A stretch of DNA of 64,000 nt, taken from positions 1,612,001 through 1,676,000 of the forward strand of contig MU058687.1 of NCBI GenBank assembly GCA_013265495.1. Direction: 5' to 3'. Of the stretch, positions 1-11,439 are shown one piece after another. Origin of the DNA: Vicugna vicugna. Taxonomy: Eukaryota. The notes below the pieces were generated by a model. The model was not told the origin of the DNA, did not search any database, and saw only the letters and a list, made by a program, of their open reading frames with translations. A program made the translations under genes and the position numbers. Numbering within the stretch: position 1 is the stretch's first letter; each line of letters begins with the position of its first letter.

Positions 1-315
1 ACTTTAAAGGTCCCCGATTCTCAATGCGTATGAGCTAAGGGTCGTGGATGGCACTGCTGGTGTAATCTCCTGGTGGACTGTCCCTCTCTTTCTGGAAACT
101 GTCCCTCCTCCACTCCAATATGGCCTCTGTGGAGTGGCCTCCCTCACCCTCATTGTCACGGTTGAGGGATCTAGGGATGGGCATCTGGGAGTTTGTATTT
201 GGGACAGAAAATCAGGGCAGCCTTTCTCAGGTAGCTGAAGCTGTTAAGAGGTGGAAGTCCATCATGGAGAAAACCAGTCTGTAGGAAGAGAGGTAAAGAA
301 AGCAGGCATGCAGGA

Positions 316-657
316 TGCTCTGAACTGTTTGTGTCCTACCCCCTGCCCAAAATTCACATGCTGAAACCTAACCCCCAGTGTGATGGTTTTAGGAGGTGAG
401 GCCTTTAGGAGGTGACTGGGTCATGAGAGTGGAGCCCTCATGAATGGGGTTAGTGCCCTTATGAAAGAGACCCCAGAGAGCTCCCTTGCCCTTCCTACCA
501 CAGCAAGAGACACCATCCAGAAACAGGAAGGGGGCCTCCCCAGACATCGAATCTGCCAGTTCCTAGAACCTGGGACCTCCCCGTCTGTAGAACTGTGAGA
601 CATAAATTTGTCATATGTAAGGTATTTTGGTTACAGCAGCTCAAATGGATTGAGCCA
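316..657 (+). mobile_element. MaLR solo LTR (MLT1A/MST-like), probably inside an older MLT1 remnant
   Basis: TG...CA ends, typical aaattcacatgctgaaacctaacccccagtgtgatgg and gagtggagccctcatgaatggg motifs; 5-bp TSD cagga/caggg. Confidence 0.8.
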
Positions 658-1639
658 CAGGGAGACTCCGAGAAGAAAAGGGCTCTGAGCACTGTCAAGC
701 CCTCGGTATGGGGGGTTCCCAGGGCTTCGGCTGTGCTCTGCCCCCTCTGCCCCTCCACTGGTCGGCTCCTCCTTAAAGTCTGAGAGCACCCCTCGTGCTC
801 TTAAAGCACATTCTCTTTGCACTTAAGCTGGTTCAAGTTGGGCACCTGTCCTTTGCATTCAGTGCAACAGTAAAAGGGAAAAGGCAAGCGAAAAAGCTGA
901 GGGACAGTCAGCACTTGTGGCCTCCCCACGTGAGACACCAGGAAGCGCTTTCATGTCTGCTCAGAGTCAGGGCAGCTGGAGGCATCAGCGGCAAAAACTT
1001 CACTCAACTATTAACTTCGTAAAACTTAAGGGAATCTATAAATACTTGAGCTTCATTTTGGACTTGTTTGTTTCTTTCTAATTAGTGTATTTATTTACAG
1101 AATTAAGGTGAACCTGAGCCAAGTGCCCTGCCCTGAAGTCGTAGGGGGTGTGATGCCAAAGACTGAAAGATGAGAAGATGAATTCAGGATTCCTTACTTC
1201 CCATAAAATGGGATTATTGGATTTTCATGGGAATCACACTTGGAATTTAAAGCAGCTTCTGTGGCCTCTTGACCTTGCAATGGCTAAGGAGCTGCAGGAA
1301 GGGGAGGCAGCCCAATAAGGGAAGAAGGAGAGAGAAACAGGAGGCAGGGGTGAGGGTGACACAGGGCACTTTTCCTTTACAATGTCACTCTCTCTGCAAG
1401 ATTTCCAGGTGGAAGCTGTTCCTCTCCCTCCAGAGGGCATCACCCTGAGTCCTCCCTCTGCCTCCCCTCCCTCATGCAATCCCATCCAACCCTAGCTCTC
1501 ACTACCCCTTGCTCCCCATCCCCCTGCCACTGCCTGTGTTCAGTTTGCAAACTCCATTCTCACCTGGGTGACCACAGCATTGTCCTGGGAGGTCCCTCTG
1601 TCCCCATGCTCACCACCCCCAACCCTAGCTGGGTTCTCC

Positions 1640-2110
1640 AGGAAGCAGCCAGAACAACCTGTCCAAGTGACAAACTGATGATGTCCCTCATCTGCTTAAA
1701 ACCTCTCAATGGCTTCCCTTTGCTCTCAGGATAAAGCAAAAATCCCTTGACTGTGCCTGCACCATCTGCTGCCTCTCTCTCCAGCCTTGCCCTCTCCCTC
1801 ACTCTGCTCCAGACACAGGGTCTTTGTTTAATTCCTTAAGGGGCTGTGCTCATTCCCGGCTCAGGGATTTTGCTCATACTGTTCCCCCTGCCTGAAATGC
1901 CCTTCCCCTCTCTTTCACTTACTTAGTTCTCCCTCTTTCCTAAGATCTGGTCCTTCTTTACAAATTCTTACAAATAACCCTCACAGCATTTATCACAATT
2001 TCACTTACGTGTGTGAGCGTTTGACTGACAACTGCCCTCCCAACTAGACCATAAGCTCTCTGCGGGCAGGAAGGGAGCACATCCCTTTTGGTCACCACTG
2101 GACCCCAACT
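1640..2110 (+). mobile_element. L2 3' region fragment
   Basis: ctgcttaaaacctctcaatggcttccc...tgctcatactgttccccctgcctgaaatgccc...actagaccataagctc; strand and limits approximate. Confidence 0.6.
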
Positions 2111-5100
2111 CTGCCACGGGGCCTGGCTGAGTTTTACCTGCCCCTCAAGATCCTGTTGGAACATCTGTCTGAGCAGCCCCCTCTGGCTCCCTTCATTGCA
2201 GTCACGAAACAGGGTGGATCTCCACCCCGCGGTCACTGCAGCACCCCGCCGTGGTTTGCTCACACGTGTGTCTCACCACTAGTTTGTGGATTCCCGGTCA
2301 GCTAGAACCATCATCTTTGTTGTGTCAGTTTCCCTGACACCCAGCCCAGCACTGGGCCTGTAGGTGGTGACTGTGTGAATGAATGAATGACTATGAAGAC
2401 AGTCCCCAGTCTGGGAGCAACCCCTGCACACCGAGGGGCCGGATCAGATGGCTCTGTCTGTCACTTCTCTACACTGCGGTTCCAGCATCACGCAGCCCTG
2501 CCTGCCCAGCACCCGTCTGCTTTGTCACCCTGTGTGCTTTTAACTGTTGCCCTGGTAATCAACTCCCTGCTAATGCAGTTCCTCTATCTCATTATGCAAA
2601 GAGAGCTTGGCACCTCTGAGCTTTCTATAGATTATGCAAAAAAAAAAAGAGCCATTTTAGTATCTCCCTCCTCTTTGACGCGTTTTTCAGTCAGCTCTTT
2701 CTCATGTTTAGGGAGCAACTTTTTTTTTTTGGTTTTCTAATTATTAAGAGGTACTCAAAACAAATAAAAAGATATGAAGAAGAGTGTAGTGGACACCCAA
2801 GGACACATCCAAGTCCTTGGATGAAACAAAATGGGACCCAGGTGCGTGGGTCTTTTCCTTAGAGAAGGGCTGATACCATTTGAGGCCTTTCTAGATACAG
2901 CCATACATTTCCAGGAAACTGAAAAATCTATTTTAATGATGCACCCAGGGCAGAGCCTGGCATCTCCAAGTCCAGGGAGGAGGCTGTCATCCTGTTCTCT
3001 CTTCTAAGGAGAATGGGTTCCCTCCTGCCTTAGGCCTCACCAGGTCCTGCCTTCACATCCCCCTGAAGGCTGGTTCAGAGACCCTCTGAACTGATTCACT
3101 TTGTGCAGGAATGCCCACCAACCATCCTGACCATGGGCTCCATGAGATGTGATGGCCCGGGGAGCGGGGGGAGGGGAGGCAACTTCCAAGGGGAGGAGCC
3201 TCAGAAAAAAGAAAGAGTAAAGACAATAAACAGAGAAGACGTGAGGATTCAGAATGGGCTGAACCAGTTTTCACTCATTCTGAGGCCATCCAGAGAGGGG
3301 CCACATCAGGAACTGCATCTCAGAAGTCACTTCAATTACGCCTTCATGTCCCTTCCAGGGGCCAGACAGCAAGCTAGAGGTCGAGGTTTGAACATGAGTA
3401 GGAATGATTCATAAGCTCGAGGGACTCGTGTAAATAGATGATTTAAAGAAGAAAATAAACATTCATGCTATCATGAGACAGGAGGTACCACAAAGGTGTA
3501 TGTGCGTGGTGTGAGGGAATTCTCTGAATCATGCTTCGGAGCTGAGGAGGGCTTCCTGGAGGAGGTGATGCTTGTCCTGCATTGGGAAGGAAGGCAGGGT
3601 GCCAGGTATGATGTGTTCATAATGCTCCTAGGGAGCTGCAGGTGGTTCCAGCTGCCTGGAGGGAAAGGTGGGAGGGGGCGGGGGCGGGGGATGTGGCCAG
3701 AGCGACATCACAAAGTCCAGTGTGCTAAGCCAAGGAGTGAGAACCTTCTGCAAGCAAGAGGCAGCCACTGGAGGACTCAAGGCAGAAGGGGCCTGGAGAG
3801 AAGTGGAAAGTCCTGTGGAGCAGCAATGAGGAGGGAGTTGCAGGATCCAGGTGAGAAGCCATGACGATCTGAACTAGGGTGGTGGCCACGGGGAAGGAGA
3901 GGCAGGAAGGTGGTGAGGAGATCAGCACCCAGTGGACAGAGCGATGGGTGCTTCTCACACTTTGGGTCTGGCTGACTGGGAGCTGGTGGAGCTATTCATT
4001 GACATTACGGCTTCCAGGCGAGAAGCGGGCCTGGGCATGGCCTCTGGATGCTGGGGCAGAAGTGAGTCATAAATAGAAGGGATTAGACCCACACAGAGTC
4101 TACAAGCATGAAAGTCACTAGAGGCAGACGGAAGGTCAGAGAAGGGTCTAGACTTGGGTATGGGTAACAGGGCCCCTGACCACACACTCACTTTTCTGAG
4201 GTGACACCTCGGCACAAATTTGGAGGACACAGCTGGACTGAAGAGGCTTCCCTGAGGCTCCAGGGTTGGAGTCTTGAGTGTTCGCTTTAGCATCAACATT
4301 ACAAAGTCCAGGATGGAACTGACCACACCCCTGACATCACCTGTGGGCCTCGGTGAAGCAGTCCATCTCCATTCAATTTGATTCCATATTTAAACTGTAG
4401 AGTTTTTTTTTTAAACAAACCAAAGTTATATGTAGTTTAAAGAATCAAATAGTCATATATCGAACATGTCATGGCTTACTTGCTTTCCTGCTCTTCTGAG
4501 GCAACTACTTTCAGGCATTAATAGATGATTTTTTTGGTATTTCCCTGCATGGCTTTAAATAACATGGATATATTGGTACTTTCTGATTTTGTCCAACATC
4601 CATGTTAGACATTATCCATTGACTTTCCAATATGGCAGGCAAAGATTTCTCTCTGTTTACCCAACCCACCTCTCCACCACACACATGAGCCCACATCCCA
4701 TTCCCTCATCCTCCCAATATAGTTATATCAACTTTCAGTCTTCACAGTATTATGGTTGTGTTCATGCCGTTCACAGCTGGGTGACTTAAGATAACCATGA
4801 CTTTGTTCCCCTTTCCTCTATAGCTTTTTATATTCCACTGGAGTTAAAATTGCCCCCCCAATTTATTTATTTATATTTGTGGTATTTAGCAGTCCAAACC
4901 CTAATTCTCTCCCAGTTCTGTAAAGCCACCTCTCGATAATTTCAAACCCAATTCTGTCAGTGTCATCTGCCTGATGAATTTTTCCCGGAGTCTCTGATCA
5001 GCTTCCAACTGAACAGGCTGTTGCTATGGCTGGCTCATAGCTGTCCACCTGGGCTGTTCCTTTACCAGCATCTTGGTGATTCCCATCACCTGCCCATGTG

Positions 5101-5364
5101 TTGGAGTTCCGGTTTCCTCCATCTTACTCTCTCCAAGTTTCCTCCCTGGTTTTGGTGGAGCACATACTCTAGCCACTTCCCTAGAAGATACACCAGTACC
5201 TTTTTTAGAACTTTGCTTGTCTGAAAATCTTTGATTCTTTTCTATAACTAGGCAGGAAGTGATTCTCCTTCAGAAGACGTTGATTGTTCTACTGACTTCC
5301 AGGTTCCAGGCTTGATGACAACCTGATGACATTCTGTACCTCTTTTCTTGAAAATGTTTGATGA

Positions 5365-5500
5365 GGGGAGAGGGTATATCTCAAGTTGTAGAGCACAGGC
5401 TTAGCATACACGAGGTCCTGGGTTCAATCTCCAGTAGGTCCTCTAAAAATAAATAAATAAACAAACCTAATTTCTCCCTAAGCATAAAAAAATTTAAAAA
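5365..5500 (+). mobile_element. tRNA-derived SINE (camelid Vic-1-like)
   Basis: A-box-like head, B box ggttcaatct, (aaat)n linker, A-rich tail; TSD gaaaatgtttgatga / gagaatgttttatga. Confidence 0.85.
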
Positions 5501-6000
5501 GAGAATGTTTTATGAAACCCGTCCTTACCTCTCTGAAAACTCATTAGATCTCCTCTTTGTCCCAGTTTTCTGAAATTCCGTGGTGATCTGGAATTCAACT
5601 CAAGTCTCCGAACAGGGATTGAGAGCATGTGCAGTGGAGCTTCCCTCACTCAAGGTTCCTGGTGTGCAGAGGTATGTACAAGAGCTTCGGAGTTGGAATA
5701 TATGACAAATGCGGGAAGTAAGGAAGACGGGGTTGGTGAGTATGCAGTATTATTACACATGTAAACTACACATACAAGATTTGTAAGAGCAACAGTTTTA
5801 TAAATTCCAAGTGTCCGTATTTTTTAAGGGGGGACTAATCCAAGGTCTCAGCCTGACGCATTTGCAATTTAGACTTCCCATGCACTCCATATACTCCAAG
5901 CTCCCACATCTACAGCCCCTGTTGGGATGATAGTAAGCAATTAATAAGGCTGTGTGACATTTGGACTTCAAATTCCTCTCCTACTGGCAGGAGTAGTTGT

Positions 6001-6018
6001 TGGCCTCTAGGGGGCAGA
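6001..6018 (+). promoter_or_regulatory. Candidate CTCF site
   Basis: TGGCCTCTAGGGGGCAGA closely matches the CTCF core TGGCCACYAGRGGGCRC. Confidence 0.6.
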
Positions 6019-6384
6019 CTTTGCCATCTTTCTTTAGAGAGCCAGGAAAGCCTGAGTTCAAGTCCAGTGGTTCCCTCCAGCTCCTGGAGGAGACCACTGG
6101 GATGGAACCTGGAACCAGGCCCCTTTTCAGGAAGAAATCCCTAAAATGTATTTCTCCTTCTCCTTCAAGGTGTACCTATCAGTAGGTATAGATGGAACAT
6201 ACTGATAAATAGATAAAACATACAGTAAGCTGCTCAATAAATGTTTCTTCAGTGGATGAATACAGAATATTTCTCTCAAGGTAAAATCTACCTGGCATTA
6301 GTATACCTGTCCTCCCCCTGGCGGAAACCAGCTGAGATAGCACCACCCAGGTGGCTGCCAGAGTATCATTATTGAAAACAATTG

Positions 6385-6560
6385 ACACATAATCTTAATT
6401 TTCACAACCACCTTACGAGGCAGAGGTTTTAATCCTCATTTTACAGATTCAAAAACTGAAGGCTAGACAGGTAAAGCAACTGGCCCAAGATCCCAAAGCT
6501 AATAATAGCAGAAGAGAGCTTCATGTCCTGAGTAGCCTGAATCCAGGGCTCACAGTAGAC
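6385..6560 (-). mobile_element. MIR SINE (representative; further MIRs near 9.3-9.6, 14.1-14.3, 27.6-28.0, 29.8-30.0, 34.5-34.7, 37.8-38.0, 40.7-40.9, 46.9-47.2 and 53.4-53.6 kb)
   Basis: MIR core cattttacagat..aaaactgaaggct...aagcaactggcccaagatc. Confidence 0.7.
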
Positions 6561-7082
6561 CCAACTTTACTCCACACAAAAGGAAACTCCACAGATCACT
6601 TGGAATCCCAGATTAGACCCCTTGCGACTGTCACCAAAGTGAAGCATTGCCCCAGAGGAGCACATGGGAGATGTGTGTGGAAGGGAACTGGGGAAACCTG
6701 TCTCATTGTTGCTTGTTCTGATGCTCATTAACTGTGGAACTCTGATAACACACTCTGATTCTCTGGGCCTCAGTTTCCATATCTGTAAAATGAAGTTACA
6801 AATATATCTGCAGACATTTGAGAGAGGACCGTGATAACCTAGGGAAAGAAACAGTGAGAGGTCTCAAGAGGTTTTCCAAGAGAATAAAGGTTCTGTGTTC
6901 CCTGGAGAAAAATGGAAAACACTGTTGTAATTTTGAGAATTGGGGATATTAAATTAATGTAGAAATTATTAGATAGGTGTAAGTTCCCTCTTCAAACATT
7001 TCATTATAATCCAAGAACTATCATTTCTACCAAAAAAAAAGGGTGGATGGTGCCTCCAAGCAATTTTCCCTCACCTGGGAAC

Positions 7083-7238
7083 CAGTGGTTCTAACCCCAC
7101 AGGGGTGCTCCAACTTGGTAGCAAGTTGAGGTCACCTGGGGAGCTTTAAACATGCAGATGCTGGGGTCTGCTCTCTGAGATCCTGATTTGGAATGTGGCA
7201 GAAGCATTGGAAATTTGAAGAATTCCCCACGTGATTTT
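7083..7238. mobile_element. MER5-like hAT element, left part; continues at 8935-8975 after the L1
   Basis: cagtggttct..., tcacctggggagcttt...atgcagatgctgggg; right part caggtgattttaatgtgcaacccaagttgagaatcac. Confidence 0.65.
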
Positions 7239-8934
7239 TTTTTTAACTGATGTATAAGTCAGTTTACAATGTGTCAGTTTCTGGTGTACAGCATAATGTT
7301 TCAGTCATACATATACATACATATATTCTTTTTCATATTCTTTTTTATTATAGGTTACTACAAGATATTGAATATAGTTCCCTGTGCTATACAGAAGAAA
7401 CTTGTTGTTTATATATTTTGTATATACTAGTTAATAATTGCAAATCTCAAGCTCCCAATTTATCCCTTCCCACCTTCTTTCCCCTTTATAACCATAAGAT
7501 TGTTTACTATGTGAGTCTGTTCCTGTTTTGTAGATAAGTTCATTAGTCTTCTTTTTTCTTTTTTTAGATTCCACACATAAGTGATATCGTATACTATTTT
7601 TCTTTCTCTTTCTGGCTTATTTCACTTAGAATAATGATTTCCGGGTCCATCCATGTTGCTGCAAATGATATTATTTTATTCTTTTTAATGGCTGAGTAGT
7701 ATTACACTGTATAAATATACTACAGCTTCTTTACCCAGTCATCTGTCGATGGACATTTAGGTTGCTTCCATGTCTTGGCTATTGTAAATAGTGCTGCTAT
7801 GAACATTGGGGTGCATGTAGCTTTTGAAATTAGAGTTCCCTCCAGACGTATGCCCAGGAGTGGGATTGCTGGATCATATGGTAAGTCTATTTTCAGTCTT
7901 TTGAGGAATCTCCATACTGTCTTCCATAGTAGCTGCACCAAACTACATTCCCACCAACAGTGTAGGGGAATTCCCTTTTCTCCACACTGTCTCCAGCAAT
8001 TACTGTTTGTGGACTTTTTAATGATGGCCATTCTGACTGGTGTGAGGTGATACCTCATTGTAGTTTTGATACGCATTTCTCTGATAATTAGCAATACTAA
8101 GCATATTTTCATGTGCCTATTGGCCATTTATATGTCTTCACTGGAGAATTGCTTGTTTAAGTCTTCTGCCCATTTTTGGATTGGGTTTTTTTTGTTTGTT
8201 TGTTTGTTTGTTTGTTGTTAAGTTGTATGAGCTGTTTATATATTCTGGAAATTAAACTTTTGTCAGTCACATCATTTGTGAATATATTCTCCCATTCCAT
8301 AGGTTGTCTTTTTTTTTTCTTATGGTTTCCTTTGCTGTGCAAAGTTTAATTAGGCCCCATTTGTTTATTTTTGCTTTTATTTCTATTGCCTGGGTAGACT
8401 GCCATAGGAGAATTGCCAAGATTTATGTCAGAAAATATTTGCCTATGTTTTCTTCTAAGAGGTTTATAGTGTCTTGTCTTATACTTAAGTCTCTAAGCCA
8501 TTTGAGTTTATTTTTGTGTAACGTGTGAGAGAGTACTCTAACTTCATTGATTTACATGTGGCTGTCCAGTTTTCCGAACACCATTTGCTAAAAAGACTGT
8601 CTTTTCTCCATTGTATATTCTTGCCTCCTTTGTCAAAGATTAATTTTTTATAAGTCTGTGGGCTTATTTCTGGACTCTCTATTCTGTTCCATTGATCTAT
8701 ATGTCTGTGTTTGTGCCAGTACCACACTGTTTTGATTACTGTAGCTCTGTATTATTGTCTGAAGTCTGGGAGGGTTATTCCTCCAACTTCATTCTTTTTC
8801 TTCACTATTGCTTTGGCAATTCTAGGTCTTTTGTGATCCCATATAAATTTTAGGATTATTTATTCTAGTTCTGTGAAAAATGTCATGGGTAACTTGGGGA
8901 TCACATTTAAACTGTAGATTGCTTTGGGTAGTGT
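7239..8934 (-). mobile_element. 5'-truncated LINE-1 (ORF2 C-terminus and 3' UTR) inserted in a MER5-like element
   Basis: ORF fragments [19 protein letters not shown] and [15 protein letters not shown]...CWWEC...[19 protein letters not shown]; poly(T) at left; TSD cacgtgatttt / caggtgatttt. Confidence 0.95.
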
Positions 8935-9051
8935 CAGGTGATTTTAATGTGCAACCCAAGTTGAGAATCACAGCCCCATTTAATCCCAGTGAGGTTTAAA
9001 TTCATGTTTGGTCGAGAATTAAAAAAGAAAAGACAAGAAAGCACTGGCACC

Positions 9052-9215
9052 CAGTGGTTCTTTAATGTTCAAACAAACGAATCACCTGGAGGTCTTTTAA
9101 AATGCAGCCTCTTAATTCAGCAGGTCCAGGCTGAGCCTGGGCTTCTGCCTTTGTGACAAGCTTCCAGAGGATGCCCATACTGCTGTCCCCAGACTGTGCT
9201 TGAGTAGCTAGACTG
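9052..9215. mobile_element. MER5A-like hAT MITE
   Basis: cagtggttct...gaatcacctggaggtcttttaaaatgcag...gacaagcttccagaggatgcccatactgctg. Confidence 0.65.
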
Positions 9216-9779
9216 TAGCTTAAATGAACAGGAGAATGAGAATTATGGCTCTTTTGGCCACGTGAGACTTTAAGTAAGAAGTTACTTTACTTCTGGAGCT
9301 TCAGATCTATAAAATGCAGACAAGCAATAGGACTTACATCACAGAATTTTTGTGATGCTTAAATGAGCTAATACAGGAAGCATGTTTAGCGCAACACAAA
9401 TGATGCTTTTTAATTGTTAGGATGGCCGACACTCAGAGTGCTTACTATCTGCCAGGAATTTTCCCGGTGCTCTCAAGTGTGAACTCATTCAATACTGAAA
9501 ACAACACTGCAAAGTCAGTACTAGTATTTCATCGTCCCTATTTTACAGATATTACGAGAAACTGAGGCACAGAGAGGTAGAATATCTTAATTTATGGATC
9601 ACACTTCGGAGTAGCTCAGCCGGTGTTTGAACTCAGGGAGGCTCTGGGCTCTTATCTCTCCCCTGGGCTGAAATGGATCAGTGCAGGCCTGACTTTCTAG
9701 AGGCAGAGCTTGAGGGCTTGCTGTCCGGAAGGGGCTGGGACCAGCAGGTGGCAGCCTAAGGCTACGTGGGTGCCGAGTC

Positions 9780-11400
9780 CACTTGGAGCCTAAGCCCCGA
9801 GCCAGCGCGGTGCCGGGCATTTCCCCGCAAAACCGCTGCTGTCTCCGCACTCCCCCCTCCCCTCCACTCTCAGGTCCTCGCCTAGGAGGCCGCCCGGGGA
9901 TCTGTCAGGAAAGACGAGCCCCACGGGACAGGTTCAAATCTGAGTGCCCCAATACAAGACTCGTCCCCACGGAAAGCAACGAGCGAAGCGAGTTTTCCGC
10001 AACTTCCCTTTATCCCAGGAAGCACCCGGCTCGGGAAACCTACAACATCTCCCTTTATACCGCAAGTCCAGCAAGGGACGGGGAGCCCAGGCAAGGGGGA
10101 AAGTCGGGAAGCCCTCTTGGAAACAACAGAGCAGTTTGGAGGCGCTGGGCATCCGCGTGCGCGAGCAGTGATTGAGTATCGGCACCGAGGAGACTCAATG
10201 TTAAGAGTTATCTCGGAAGGTGGAGAATTTCTAGCGGAGTCCCCCGGGAGGGGCAAATGAATTTGAAAGGCAGTGCACGGGTGGGGGTTCACCGGGTGGT
10301 TTCCATGGCGCCCGGGGCGTGGGGGAGGAATGCACCCGCAAGTTGTGGCGAAACAACTGTGGCTGTCAGGCCAGCGGCTGGAGAAGGCAACCCAAGCAGG
10401 CCCGGGAGCGATCGGAGTCCAGCAAAGTGACTGCACCGGGAGAGCACTCTTCCCGGACCGAGGGGCTGAGCGTGGCGGAAACGCCTTGGGAGACCTGCAG
10501 GCACCGGCGGCCGGGAAAGGGCTGAGACGTCCGCGACCGGCCTAGGGGATAGCGGTCAGGGACAGAGGAGGTCACAGCCAAGTGGGAGCAGAAGCCTGGG
10601 GCTGAGCCAGGGAGCCCCACTCGCGGCTTTTACTTAGGGTCCGGACTCCGTTTATTCTGGGGCGGACCAGGGCAAGTGCCACGTCAGCTCTAGGGGACCG
10701 GCCGAGGCCATTTGTCCCTTAAGTGTACCAGAGTCCTCAGCACCTGTCTAAAGCGCCAGGAGAGGCTGAGGTCATGGTGAATGAAGATCCCAACCAACAG
10801 GAGCGCGATGGCACCCCTTCGCAGTCGGCACTCGGAGAGAACCCCAGCGTCTCGGCCCACCCCAGCGTCTCAGCACACCCAAGCGTCTCCATCCACCCCA
10901 GCGTCTCTGTGTACCCCAGCAGTTCGGCCCACCCCAGTACCTTGGCTCAGCCCAGTGGCTTGGCCCATCCCGGTAGCTCGGACCCTGAGGACCTTAGCGT
11001 GATCAAAGTGAGCAAGCGCCGCTGGGCGGTGGTCCTGGTGTTTAGCTGCTACTCCATGTGCAACGCCTTCCAGTGGATCCAGTACGGTTCCATCAATAAC
11101 ATCTTCATGAACTTCTACGGGGTCAGTGCCTTTGCCATCGACTGGCTGTCCATGTGCTACATGCTGACCTACATCCCTCTGCTGCTGCCGGTGGCCTGGC
11201 TCCTGGAGAAATTCGGCCTGCGCACCATCGCCCTCACCGGCTCTGCTCTCAACTGCCTGGGGGCCTGGGTGAAGTTGGGCAGCCTGAAGCCACATCTCTT
11301 CCCCGTCACTGTACTGGGCCAGGTCATCTGCTCCGTGGCCCAGGTCTTCATCCTGGGTATGCCTTCCCGCATTGCTTCCGTCTGGTTCGGGGCTAATGAG
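9780..11400. promoter_or_regulatory. CpG island / FLVCR2 promoter and first exon
   Basis: Visibly GC-rich and CpG-dense relative to flanks; GC box GGGGCGG at 10659-10665; TGCCACGTCA at 10677-10686; no clear TATA box. Boundaries judged by eye. Confidence 0.85.
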
Positions 11401-11439
11401 GTGTCCACAGCCTGCTCCATAGCTGTCTTTGGCAATCAG
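10774..11439 (+). CDS. FLVCR2: FLVCR2 coding exon 1 (222 aa: His-Pro repeat N-terminus and first MFS helices)
   Basis: gtcATGG start; translates MVNEDPNQQ...(PSVSAH)n...[30 protein letters not shown]...AVFGNQ, recognisable as FLVCR2; ends CAG|gtgggt (phase 0). The ORF track begins 17 codons earlier at a GTG. Confidence 0.97.
10843..10968 (+). repeat. FLVCR2: Coding 18-bp tandem repeat, 7 degenerate units (PSVSAH-type hexapeptides)
   Basis: cccagcgtctcggcccac / cccagcgtctcagcacac / ccaagcgtctccatccac / cccagcgtctctgtgtac / cccagcagttcggcccac / cccagtaccttggctcag / cccagtggcttggcccat. Confidence 0.95.

Noticed and set aside
7720..8727. Minus-strand ORFs resembling a gene
   Set aside because: Broken LINE-1 ORF2 fragments, not a host gene.
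9882..10436. 184-aa minus-strand ORF and other overlapping ORFs in the CpG island
   Set aside because: High GC content depletes stop codons; no recognisable domain or splice structure.
10723..10773. 17-codon N-terminal extension of FLVCR2 in the ORF track
   Set aside because: Begins at a GTG directly after an in-frame TAA; the ATG at 10774 has good Kozak context and matches the known N-terminus.
10843..10968. Periodic repeat as a CRISPR-like array
   Set aside because: No spacers, eukaryotic context, and it is an in-frame coding minisatellite.
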